Assembly: GCF_964204645.1 (NCBI RefSeq)
Contig: NC_134026.1
Location: 30,910,150 to 30,974,149 of the forward strand
DNA: 64,000 bases
Origin: Tubulanus polymorphus
Lineage: Eukaryota; Animalia; Nemertea
Direction of reading: 5' to 3'
In this document: positions 35,101-46,992 of the stretch, in pieces
Layout: every line of letters starts with the position of its first letter
Position numbering within the stretch: position 1 is the first letter of the stretch
Notes under the pieces: model-generated
The model's input: the letters and a program-made list of their open reading frames with translations, nothing else
Told to the model about the DNA's origin: nothing
The model's database searches: none
Translations under genes and position numbers: made by a program

Positions 35101-35167
35101 AACTACACTAGCTCAAGGAATACAGTATTCCTGAAGATCACCATCATGATTAAGTCGAAACGTTGAA

Positions 35168-35250
35168 CAAATAAAAGGAAACTTGAGTAAATTACAAATA
35201 AAAGGAAACTTGAGTAAATTACAAATAGAAGGAAACTTGAGTAAATTACT
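35168..35250. repeat. 27-bp tandem repeat x3
   Basis: caaataaaaggaaacttgagtaaatta repeated three times. Confidence 0.85.
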
Positions 35251-36124
35251 TAAGGAATGATTTCGGATTAACTTCTATTTTCAGTGTTTGATTTTATATA
35301 TTTATTACTGTCCACATTGACGATGATTTCTTCCGGTGTTTAAAAGTTTAATTTTGTGATTTTTGAGGAATAGATTCAGGGGCTGCAGTTGCTCAAAAGT
35401 TGGTTAGAGGTCACCAGTGGATAGCTGACATAGTGACAAATAAAGGTCCATTATTACTATGGTATTTATGGTATTTATGCTATGAGCGATCATCTCTTGA
35501 GTTGCTCATAAACTGTAGCCCGTGCTTTTAATCTTAAATTTGTACATAATGGGTTTAAATCATTATTATACTGTCTGCTAATTTTCCTTGCTGAATCGTG
35601 TCTGCCTTTATTTTCGTTTCATCTTAAAAACACCCTTTCAATCATCTCACCTTCTCATCATCACTGATGACGTCATTTAAAGCCTTGTAAAGTACGACTA
35701 AAGTCTAATTGGTCCTGCGGATATTTTGAAAGATCTCTGATTTTGCTCGACACGCGGTTGCGGCGTTGCGAGCAGACTGTACGCGTCTGGAATGTCGCCA
35801 TGCAACGTTATCTAGCAGCGGTAGACTTTCACCGTGAAACCGCCTGATCGCCATTTCATTCAAACTGTCACTGATTCTAATGGAATATTAAGACTAGGAT
35901 TACAACGAGTTAAAAGTACAAAAGCCTTCACATAGGATTCATTCAAATTCATTGCATTTTCATCTTTGTTGCTGGCTGTCAAATAAGGTATAGGATCGCG
36001 CTTACCCACTCGGAAATATGATAAGATAATTTCAACTGACAGGTAAGTGTGAGGGTGGTTGGTGTTTTGACAGATTGTTCAGTTTAATCCAAATATTATA
36101 GAAATATAGAAATAATATAAAATG

Positions 36125-36483
36125 TCTGCGCACTAAGAACGAAAACATTCTAAAATATTTCCATGAGTTAATTACTTAGTTCAACGTTTCGACTTTATCT
36201 TGATAGTCATCTTCAAGAATAAGTGTTATCACAAAAACTATGAGATATATATCACAATCCAGAACGAAGAGACTAATTTAGATATAAGATCTGATATACA
36301 AACTATTAGGGGTAGTATATAAAACACAAAAATACTTTGTATTCCTGAAGATGAGTATCGGGATAAAGTCGAAACGTTGAATAAACTACGCATTAGCTCG
36401 AGGAAACATTTCGGACTCTTGTTTAGTGAGGGATATTCTATATTATCTTGACGGCACGGATTCAGAGTGTTTCATCAATGGTT
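36125..36483. mobile_element. Head-to-head inverted pair of HHR family-1 elements with a spacer of about 120 bp
   Basis: Minus HHR about 36178-36221 (TTGAAGA core) and plus HHR 36340-36383 (CTGAAGA...GAAACGTTGAATA). The spacer resembles 34980-35056. Confidence 0.7.
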
Positions 36484-38061
36484 AAACATAAAAATATTTT
36501 AGTCCAAAGTGTTTTAGTGAGACCCATTATTCCCGTAGGAGAGTTTATTAGGATAGATCTCGAGGAAACATTTCTTACTAAATGTTTATTCTTAGCGGTG
36601 GATGTTAAATTATCTTTACAACGCGGACTCAAAGTGTTTCATCGATGTCTAAATATAGAAATATTTTGCTTCGATTAATTCATGACTGAAAAGCGATGAA
36701 TGACGATCTTTTACATCGTTAAAGGGCTCGCGTCGTAAAACATTGATTACTAACATCGTTTAAAATACACAATACAAAAATAGCACAATGCATGATTCCA
36801 AAATGAGTTGCCATAATAATTATCAACAAATAAAAAGAGTTTTCTTAAAATCCATATAAATCTATGGGGGATGGGATTTTCTAGCCCACAAATCAATATA
36901 ACACTGAAATAATTCTCAAATTCATTCCAACCTAACGTTTCCATACACACTCACCGGTGGCAGACTATACGGGGCGCAGATAACATTAATTGCAAAGACA
37001 AATATTTGATTTGGAACATTCCAAACATCCTTCAGTTATAATTGAATTTCTATCATCTATTTAAAAATCGTTCGGAAATTATGATGACTTTCGAATTTTG
37101 TATGAGTAACATATATTTCTACTTCGATCAGATATGTTTGGATCCTGTTCAACGGTTCTTGCATTTTTTTCAAAATTCTCAAGAGGGAGCATCCCCAAAT
37201 CCCAATTTGCGCTTACGGCACTCGCGGTCGCGTGCCTATTGTAAAACTAGGCCTCGGATGTTTTTGGCCCCACAATTCCTCGATGCGTCCCTGGAATGAA
37301 CAGATTTTTACATCGTAAATAAATGATATTTATTGTGTTTGATCCAGGCGTGAGTAATTTGTGGGTGAGCTCGTTTTGGTTTGGTTGGAACTGAACGGGG
37401 TGTGGGGCTCTGCGCGGTAAATGTTAGCGAATGTGATGCTCAGATAAAAATGGCCTCTAAATGATTCCCGTTGATCGAAGGTCTAAATAAATGGACAAAT
37501 TCGACCATGTATCATGTTGAGATAGCTTTGAGTTTTATGATTTTCATTTTTCATAACAAAACACGAGTGCAACAAAATAATTTTGGGGGATCCCGCCGAA
37601 CCCACCCCTTGATTAGATTCTAATTGCCATCTATAACCGTGTATGTTCAACTAGCATCATTCTGACTGTAAGCTCTAGTATTCTATATAAACCATGATCG
37701 CCTATATTCAGGATAAACATGGATTTTTCATGCCTTATCTTAGATATAAAACAGCGTCAAAAATTCACGAGCAGCCGCGAACGATAATAGATACTGATAA
37801 AATAATTCGATGCGACCGATTTCAATATCATCCACACACTGTCTCTATCGTTATTGGAAATATTCACAGACAGATGTTTAGTTGAATGTATGATCAACTG
37901 CTCGACCGTGTTCATTATTCTCACTTGCTTTTACGATTTAGAAATAAAGCGTTTAGCCGAACACCAGTTAATGTTCGCACAAACAATGCTGAATTATATT
38001 CATAACACGTTTTCTCTTTTATATTTGGGAATTAATTTCACATATTGACCATCGTTTTAAT

Positions 38062-38172
38062 CAGGATCCAGTTCTACAGTTCTGGACCCAGTTCTACTCT
38101 GTACCCGGTTCTACTCTGTGCCCAGTTCTACTCTGTGCCCAGTTCCACAGTGCTAAACCCAGTTCCACAGTT
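38062..38172. repeat. About 17-bp tandem repeat derived from MITE terminus (ccagttctactctgtgc)
   Basis: About six diverged copies; a similar 8-bp (ttccacag)n expansion lies at 29826-29875. Confidence 0.7.
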
Positions 38173-38876
38173 CTAAGTTAAGATTTGACTCAGTAATGAA
38201 ACACAGATACCCAAACGATATGATTACTGAAGTCAATCCAATAGTCTTAGATCAGTTGGGAATTCAAATTCATTCCCTTGCTGTATATATCATATCCACT
38301 GTTTTTGTAATAACATGTTGTTGAAACCTGGCAATCGATTTTCTACTGGCGATGATGAATTTAATATGAGGTTTAGAGTTATAAGTTAGTAGTGTCAGGG
38401 GTTAACCAGCATCGAATACTAAAACCTTTGACAACACGTGTTATGAATTACTCTGACAGAAATAACAGTCAAGCATACACAGCATTATGAAATAATGTTT
38501 GGTGTTTATTAGATTAATGCAAGTTTGAACAAAGCAATATGAAATCACACGTTTTGAATAAAAGGAGTTTGAATTGTTTATTCTGGGCTGTTATGAATCT
38601 TATTTACGCGTCATCTGATCAATTATAAGTCAGTCAGCCTTTACAGGCTATACGAAGACATAGAATTTAGAAAATAGGCTAAATAAACTACACTAGCTCA
38701 AGGAATAATACATTATTCCTGAAGACAACTATACGGATATAGTCTAAACGTTGAAGTGAACTACTAGTTCAAAAACATTTCAGACTCTTTTTATTCTCAG
38801 CGTGCAGGGATTTTGTATCGTAGGTTCAGGAATTACAGGTTACAACATTATTCCTGAAGATTACAGGTTACAACAT

Positions 38877-39265
38877 TATTCCTGAAGATGACTATTAGGA
38901 TAAAGTCGAAACGTTGAATAAACTACACTAGCTCAAGGAATACAGTATTCCTGAAGATGACTATTAGAATATAGTCGACACGTTGAATAAACTACACTAG
39001 CTCAAGGAATACAGTATTCCTGAAGATGACTATTAGAATATAGTCGACACGTTGAATAAACTACACTAGCTCAAGGAATACAGTATTCCTGAAGATGACT
39101 ATTAGAATATAGTCGACACGTTGAATAAACTACACTAGCTCAAGGAATACAGTATTCCTGAAGATGACTATTAGAATATAGTCGACACGTTGAATAAACT
39201 ACACTAGCTCAAGGAATACAGTATTCCTGAAGATGACTATTAGGATATAGTCGACACGTCGGATA
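38877..39265 (+). repeat. Tandem array A: six 69-bp units, each with a hammerhead ribozyme motif (1 intact core, 5 with GAAAC->GACAC)
   Basis: Units start (tattcctgaagatgac) at 38877, 38946, 39015, 39084, 39153, 39222. Confidence 0.9.
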
Positions 39266-41606
39266 CACTATTAGTGTTAGAAAAAAAATATTCTCAGAGT
39301 GTTTCATCAATGGTTATTGAAACAAGGCTTCAGCTGAAAGTCTTCGACTAATTAATCTATTTTTTCGTGCGATGAATTTGATTATTTATTTATGAGTAAT
39401 GAGAAAATACATATTGAGCAAGTTTTTATGCAAGTTTATATGAAGACAAATAGAGGAGAAATGCTATCAATTACGAGCGACCGTGGTATCAAGGGAGAGG
39501 GGAGAGGAGGGAGAGGGAGAGGCAGAGAGAGAGGGAAATATTATCAACAATATTAATGATGTTATCTCAGATAACAGGTGTAGATAAAAATGATGTTTTT
39601 CTTATTAATATGTTAAGAGGTCATTTGTAAAGTACGTAGGCTTTCTCAGGGATGTGAAGGGCTGATTATTAATCAGTTTTCTTCTGTGCTTCTAACAAGC
39701 ATCCATTTGCACAGTTTACATATCCATGACAGGAGAACGGGCCAAAAATTGGGAACAAACTGAATTCATCATAGATACATTTACTTTGATTTAAACATAT
39801 TCGGAAATTAGATTTTCTTAAAATGATTCTTGAAGACGAACGAGAGCTATTTTCGGAGTTCCGAAGTCTGGAACCTTTAAGTTTTATTATGAATTGTTTA
39901 TGAAATCATTCTCTTTGTGGCTATATTAATGCGTTATGTTTGAACAGAACATTCGCGTGTGGAATTTTTCTGAATTTATTCCTAAGACTCAAATTAAACA
40001 ACTCTGTGGTAATTTATAGTTTTTACTCTGTGTTTAATTGGATTTTTTCCCTACAAAACGCTGTTTAGTTTTAATTGCATCCTGGTAATTACAGATGAGC
40101 TAACGGTTTAAATCGTGTCAGGTCTCTGATGCTGATAACGCGGTAACTTTTTGAGATCTGGAACCAGTTTTCACGAATATAGTTTTACTAAAAATAATCG
40201 ATTTAATTTCATTTAAATCGATTTTTAGAGTTAACGATGTTTTTTTCTGTAACTAACCCAAGGGTCTATTTTCACGGAAAAGTTAAGATATAATCTTAGT
40301 TCTAATTGTTATTGTTGACCTCATAATTCCAACGAGGACAAAAAAAAACTTAAACTTAAGCATTTCAAGCTTGTGTTAAACATTTCCGCGAGGCTGGATG
40401 CAGGGAGCAGTCGCGCAGAGTTAATCTCAAATTTGTGGTTTATCTGCTATCGAATAATTCATCTAATCAATGTCGACAACCAATCCAAATGAAACCCAAC
40501 CCGACTCAATTCAGAAAAACAAGATTTCATTTAAATTTGCGCAACATGAAATCGAACATATGTCAATTTGATAAGACCAAATTGATATCAGAATCTTCGG
40601 CATCTGCAACAATTGTGAAAATTGCAGCTTCTATAAGCAAATATGAGTTCGGCGTCAGAGAGAAACCGGGATGGAAAGTAACGTATTTACACGGGTTCAC
40701 TTCCAGCCAACTAACGGTCATTATTTCTAGTTTGATTGCACGCGTCACGCAACTCGTCGCAGGCAATCACGTGACTCCATGTGCCGGCTTCTTACGGTAG
40801 CAAAATCACGAAGAAACATTTTAGTGTTTTCTAATCTAGAAAAAAAAAAACAATTAGATTAGAAACACTTCCCGAATTCTTCGAGGAGGGAAATATGCTT
40901 TTGATTTAAGATTATTTAATTATTGCCCCTTAAATTTCCGATCAACTACGATTGAAACACGTAGTATTGTACTTTTATTAGAAATATGATCGTTTTAATA
41001 TTATGAGTTCTGAAACTATTGTATTCATGGAATGGTAGGGTAATTGTTATTAGTGAATCACCACACGACTGACTGGTCACCAACACTGATCACTCGTCAT
41101 GTACAACACAAATCTCTAAGCTACGTCTGCCCAATCACTCAGTAAACATGTTTTTGGGTTCGAGTCCTGTTAGGGTGTTTATGCTTTGGTCTGATGATTT
41201 CTTGTTTTTTTGGTGGAATAATTTCCTGGAATATACGGCCGTGCATGTAATGCGCTTTCAGCAAAGTTATGATAAACTCCACTAGACTTTGTGTATCAGA
41301 TGTACTTATACAATTTGTATGTTTGGACGTAAATGTTTGTTTCAATTTTCGCCCAGTTTAACTTTGTTAATTCACCTCTTAATAATCGGGGTACACTTAC
41401 TCGTAATGTTTCCGATAATCAAAAGCAAACTGACGATTAACATGCATCGGTTTAAAGCAGCACCTGCTATCTTCAGTCGGTCTGTTCGGTTACGGTCTAA
41501 AGAGAATTACATCTTCATAAACATTGATGAAACACTCTCAGTCCATGCTGTAAGGATTATGTAGACAGTCCCAATAAGAAGGAACAAAAAATGCATACAT
41601 ATTTAT

Positions 41607-42271
41607 TATTACATGTTTCGTCTATATTCTAATAGTCATCTTCAGGAATACTGTATTCCTTGAGCTAGTGTAGTTTATTCAACGTTTCGACTTTATCCTA
41701 ATAGTCATCTTCAGGAATACTGTATTCCTTGAGTTAGTGTAGTTTATTCAACGTTTCGACTTTATCCTAATAGTCATCTTCAGGAATACTGTATTCCTTG
41801 AGCTAGTGTAGTTTATTCAACGTTTCGACTTTATCCTAATAGTCATCTTCAGGAATACTGTATTCCTTGAGCTAGTGTAGTTTATTCAACGTTTCGACTA
41901 TATCCTAATAGTCATCTTCAGGAATACTGTATTCCTTGAGCTAGTGTAGTTTATTCAACGTTTCGACTTTATTCTAATATTCATCTTCAGGAATACTGTA
42001 TTCCTTGAGCTAGTGTAGTTTATTCAACGTTTCGACTTTATCCTAATAGTCATCTTCAGGAATACTGTATTCCTTGAGCTAGTGTAGTTTATTCAACGTT
42101 TCGACTTTATTCTAATAGTCATCTTCAGGAATACTGTATTCCTTGAGCTAGTGTAGTTTATTCAACGTTTCGACTATATCCTAATAGTCATCTTCAGGAA
42201 TACTGTATTCCTTGAGCTAGTGTAGTTTATTCAACGATTCGACTACATTCTAATAGTCATCTTCAGCAATA
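41607..42271 (-). ncRNA. Tandem array B: ten 69-bp units, eight with intact minimal type I hammerhead cores
   Basis: Minus strand TATTC-CTGAAGA-T-GACT-loop-AGTC-GAAAC-GTT-GAATA with left ends at 41676, 41745, 41814, 41883, 41952 (stem II mismatch), 42021, 42090, 42159; both terminal units degenerate. Confidence 0.8.
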
Positions 42272-44596
42272 CTCAGAATTCCTTCTTCAGTATTTCTGTC
42301 GGTGATTATATCCATCATACATCCCAAGTTTTCTTGTAAATGAATATGCAAATATTCATCTTAATTACTGTAGATGACTATCGTAATATTCGGACTCTAT
42401 CATCTTTCTTATTGTGAGATTTCATATTAACTTCATCTTCATTCAACTAAAAACCTAACTGTGTTATTCACCTGTATTCCGTGAATAAAAACTGCTCTGT
42501 GAGAAATACTACACCACGCAATAACTACACGAACTGCAGCGAAAGACCCTCATTTTGTCGTAGTATCATTTGTATGGTTTTCCTGGAATTAGAATTGTCC
42601 ATCGAGTAGCTGACATTTCCTCGAGATTGAAAAATAGGAATCAGACCCGTTAATTAAGCGTGTAATTCCAAGCGTATCATCGCTCAGAGCTCTTTAGCAC
42701 CGCAGCCGCTCCAGCTCTTTAACACCGCTCAAACTTACATTTCAAACGTTGCGTTTGAAGTTTTGATATTATTGATAACGACAAGAACTTACAGTTCGGA
42801 TGAAGCGTATGGTATGAATTCTCTTTACCTGAGAGCTCACTCGCAGACAAACATCAATAAATGCAATGATGCGTCGACATCAAATAGTTACAACGTTTTC
42901 AATTTTGATAATTGTTTTTGCCCGAACTGAATTCTGTTAACATCAAGCACCTGCAGCTCAACAGGTTGTGCGTATACTCTAACTGCGCGGTCAGTCAGAA
43001 TAAGTTAGTTTTCAGGATCTAAATTTGGCTCTAGGTTTCCGAAAGGTGTGACCGGTGAGTTTACAAAGGGAGCAATCAAGTAAATAAAAGAGGTGATCAT
43101 TCCTATTCTAAGAAAAGAAAAATATTTTCAAATGAACTGGTTCTAACTTTATATTCAAACTTAATCTGAAAACCGTTGGTATTTTTCCCTGTTTAACCGT
43201 GTTGAATGGAAACCTAAAACTCGAGTGCTCTTATAGTGATAAACTCGGTTCTACATAGAGTGGGACCCAGGGGTTAACTCGTGTATCGGTTCTACAGAGA
43301 GTGGGACCCAGGGGTTAACTCGATTGACTTGAAGTTGAGTTAACCGCAGAGTTTGAGTCACCAGCTCTGTTAAAACCGGCCCCTGAAAACAGTAAAAGCT
43401 GGGTCCAGTTTTATAGACAGTAATTCGCTAACAAAAATAGAATCAGTCCAATATAATGTACAATACACGAAAGCTCTACTCGGCCGTCAGGTAATTGGAT
43501 ACATCGATTTGAAGTTGTATTCATCTTTGTGATCTTTTTGATGTCGGTTCTTCGTTCAAAACACACACAACTTCAGTGACTGAATTAAAGGTTCCACGAA
43601 TTGATTCAGATTAAAGAAAACAAAATTTATCCCTCTATTTTTTGCCGAAGTCAATTTTTTCTCTACGCGTCAGAAACTGATAGAAAGTCGCGCGGATGGT
43701 CATTGATTAAAAAGGATCGTCACTCGCACGATGCTCAAATGAATCAATTTTCTCAGTATTTTTTGAAATTGAAATTGAAATTGAAATTTTTTTCATTACG
43801 ACGTTACATTATTGGACGATATAATAAGTATGATTAAACGAAGAAAAATGAAACAGGATAATGAGGCTACACGGAGAGACTGAAACAGTCTATCTAATTC
43901 TATTTGTATTTTCGATCCGACCATCATCGGTATAGAATATGGAGCTATTTTTTCGAAGAAGTTTCGCTCTTAGAGATTTGTAAGATGAAAGGGGGAGCAC
44001 GAGGATGCATAGAGATGAATGTATTCTCGAGTTGTCTGTGTTCAGTGTAGTTTTTTTTGCTGCTGTTAATTACGGTCGCTGCCCTGCGGCGTTGTCTCAC
44101 TGACAATAACTGATCCGCAGGAAATTATGCCTAGCGTAAGAAAAAGCGTCCACGACAACAATCAATCCACGCGACAAAAAAAAACTGAAATATTTATCAC
44201 GTGTGTTTTTTTACGTTACTGTGGCAAGTAAGGATCAGTCAGGTTAAGTTATGCGTAATGAGGGAAAGCCTCATTTTATCTATCAGGATTTAAAAGTTAC
44301 CGATACGAAATGATGTTGTTATTCCCTTGATTGATGACATCTAGAATTAGTTTGCAACATAAATATTGCATTACGGTAATATCTTGTTTCGTAATACTAA
44401 ATTTCGGCATTTTCACAGTTAAATGGTTTATAAACTGACGGGTTTTGTCCCTTTATACTCGCAGGAATATGAAGCCCAAATTCTCTCTTCAGACACGCGG
44501 CCCAGGTTGTTGTAGTGTGAAGTGTGGACGATCAGTTTTTATTTTCAATTGAAAATGTATCAAGTGAAGTTCTGAACACATGTTAGGTGAAGATAA

Positions 44597-44861
44597 GGGG
44601 TTTGCAGGATTCAGGCTGAGGGTTTGCAGGATTCAGGCTGAGGGTTTGCAGGATTCAGGCTGAGGGGTTGCAGGATTCAGGCTGACGGGTTGCAGGATTC
44701 AGGCTGAGAGGGTTTGCAGGATTCAGGCTGGAGGGGGTCGCAGGATTCAGGCTGAGGGTTTGCAGGATTCAGGCTGAGGGTTTGCAGGATTCAGGCTGAG
44801 GGTTTGCAGGATTCAGGCTGGAGAGTTTGCAGGATTCAGGCTGAGGGTTTGCAGGATTCAG
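44597..44861. repeat. 22-bp minisatellite, 12 copies
   Basis: gggtttgcaggattcaggctga repeated. Confidence 0.95.
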
Positions 44862-46809
44862 ATCTCATCGCAGCAATCTCTACTCGCATTCAGATTTCAT
44901 CGCCATCATTTTTCTCTCATTAGTTGGGAAAGTATATTTATCTTGAAAGAAAAGCTTTCCAACACGTGGGGGAATAATGATTGTGAATTAAAAACCTCTC
45001 GACCAGCAGTGCCGTCTTTCATATCGACTCCGACAAATCATCGTGAATTTCATTAATAAAATCTAAAATGCTGTCTTAACGCCGACAGATAACGGCGGTT
45101 AAGGGGCGTTTTATCTGCGCATAGATAACCAACGCTTCGATAAGAAAACTTCCGTATAACAATCCGTTATTTACTTACCTAAATCTAAGTGCAATTATCT
45201 TGACGTAATTGCTGATTATAGCTTAAATCAACCGGTGTCAGGCTGTTTAAATTCTGCTATTTATTGTGAACAGTGATTGAACACTGCGTGTTATAAAGAT
45301 GATATTGAAGATCCCACCATTAGCTCAAGGAAACATTTCGAACTCTTATCGTTCTTAGTGTAGGATTTTATATCATCTTTACAACACAGATTCAGAGAAT
45401 GTTTCATCTGTCGAGACTTTTAGGATATAATCGAAAAAGCCATTAGCTCAAGGAACCATTTCTGACTTTTTAGTTATACGTGGTGTTAGATTGTATATAG
45501 ATCTTAGTGATAACCATTGACGAGACGCTATTCGTGTTGTGACGATATTATAACGAGAATCCCACAACATTGATCCTTTTTAATAATTTGCTTTTAGCTT
45601 GTAACTGTTTCTATGTTATTTCATTTTCTGACTTAATTTTTTTCGTCATTATTGTGAGATTCTCGTTGCATTTTTGAAAGATTATTAAGGGAAGTATTGT
45701 CATACATTCTCCTATACGATTGTCTCAGCATCCACTGTATTTTCAATCAGGAATATGACCACGGTTCGCGTCTGGGGCTCCTGTTGACAGAAAGAATAGT
45801 TACTCCGGCCGAATCAATCGCTGCCGTGATTGCCGTTCCATTTATTTCGTGGCATGGTAATTATATTTAGTGACGACGTGTGGAATCCCACTGAGGACTG
45901 GCGTATAAAAGAAATCTAAGTGACCACAAAAACAAACGTTCCCGCCGGAACACTGACCAAAATATCGTTAGACGCACGGATTTATGGACGAATATTGCTG
46001 CTGCTTTCCCTAAGAGACGCAAAATAGCAATTCGTATAAATGTAACGCTGTAATATATATAAGAAAGCTGAAGTAAACTCGGTTAACAGAAGACCTGTTT
46101 TTTACCCCGGACTCAGATTTACCGCACCTGGCAATATATACAACAAGTTTCCTGACTCCAATTTATGAACGATCCTTGTTCCGAGTGTCCGACTGGAATT
46201 CGGGTGTTACCTCGGACATAGTGTAATAGTCCCGTGAGATCCGAGGCAAGCGGAGTATAGTTCACGAGGATGTACCTGAATAACTTTATATTTCCAGTTA
46301 TGAATAATTCACAGTACTGAATAACTGTATCACATTGTAATATTTAAGTGGTACTTTAAAATCATTGATTTCAATGCGATAGAATAATACAATATTGATG
46401 CAATGCATCGGATGTCCGCACTGTGCTGAACCACTTTGCATATTGCATTTTTGACATGTTGTTTTGAATCTAAAATTTCTCGCATGATTTGCAACCGTTC
46501 TCCCCTCGGATAGTTAAATGATACCCCGAGGTTATTCTGAGATAATCCCCGATGAATTTTGTTTAATCTATCGTTGTGAAAATACTCGTCAAAAAGCGGT
46601 TTGAACGTTGTTACAGTTGGTGGCGTAATTAGCTTAGTTAGGTTGAATTTGATATGAAAAATACTAAAAATGTCCCCCTGGAAATGTCCATAAAGTGTCG
46701 AAGTTTCACACTGAGTTTTTATGATAATCAAATTAAGTAAAGATTTATGTAAGATGAACAAGAAACGCGAAATTTTTTAACTAGATAGAATTCTATAGAA
46801 TTGACTTGT

Positions 46810-46992
46810 GATTCTGTTCTGGATGAATAGTTGCGGGATTCCCATTCAAATGAATAATGACGTCACTGGAGATTCCACTCTATGAATTCCAGTCGAGCAT
46901 GTCAGTGATCATACCGGTCAGTGTGGCCGAAGGGTAGGTCGATCGCCTCAGAGACCGGAGGTTAGAGATCGAATCCTCGCTTGGGTGGCCGC
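46810..46992 (+). mobile_element. tRNA-derived SINE-like repeat, copy 2
   Basis: ggtcagtgtggccgaagggtagg...gatcgaatcctcgcttgggtggcc; 5' GGTCA and 3' TGGCC can form a partial acceptor stem. Confidence 0.6.

Noticed and set aside
38877-42271. CRISPR-like appearance of the regular arrays (also 11641-12280 and 24075-24650)
   Set aside because: Units are repeated in full with no unique spacers, the context is eukaryotic, and there are no cas genes.
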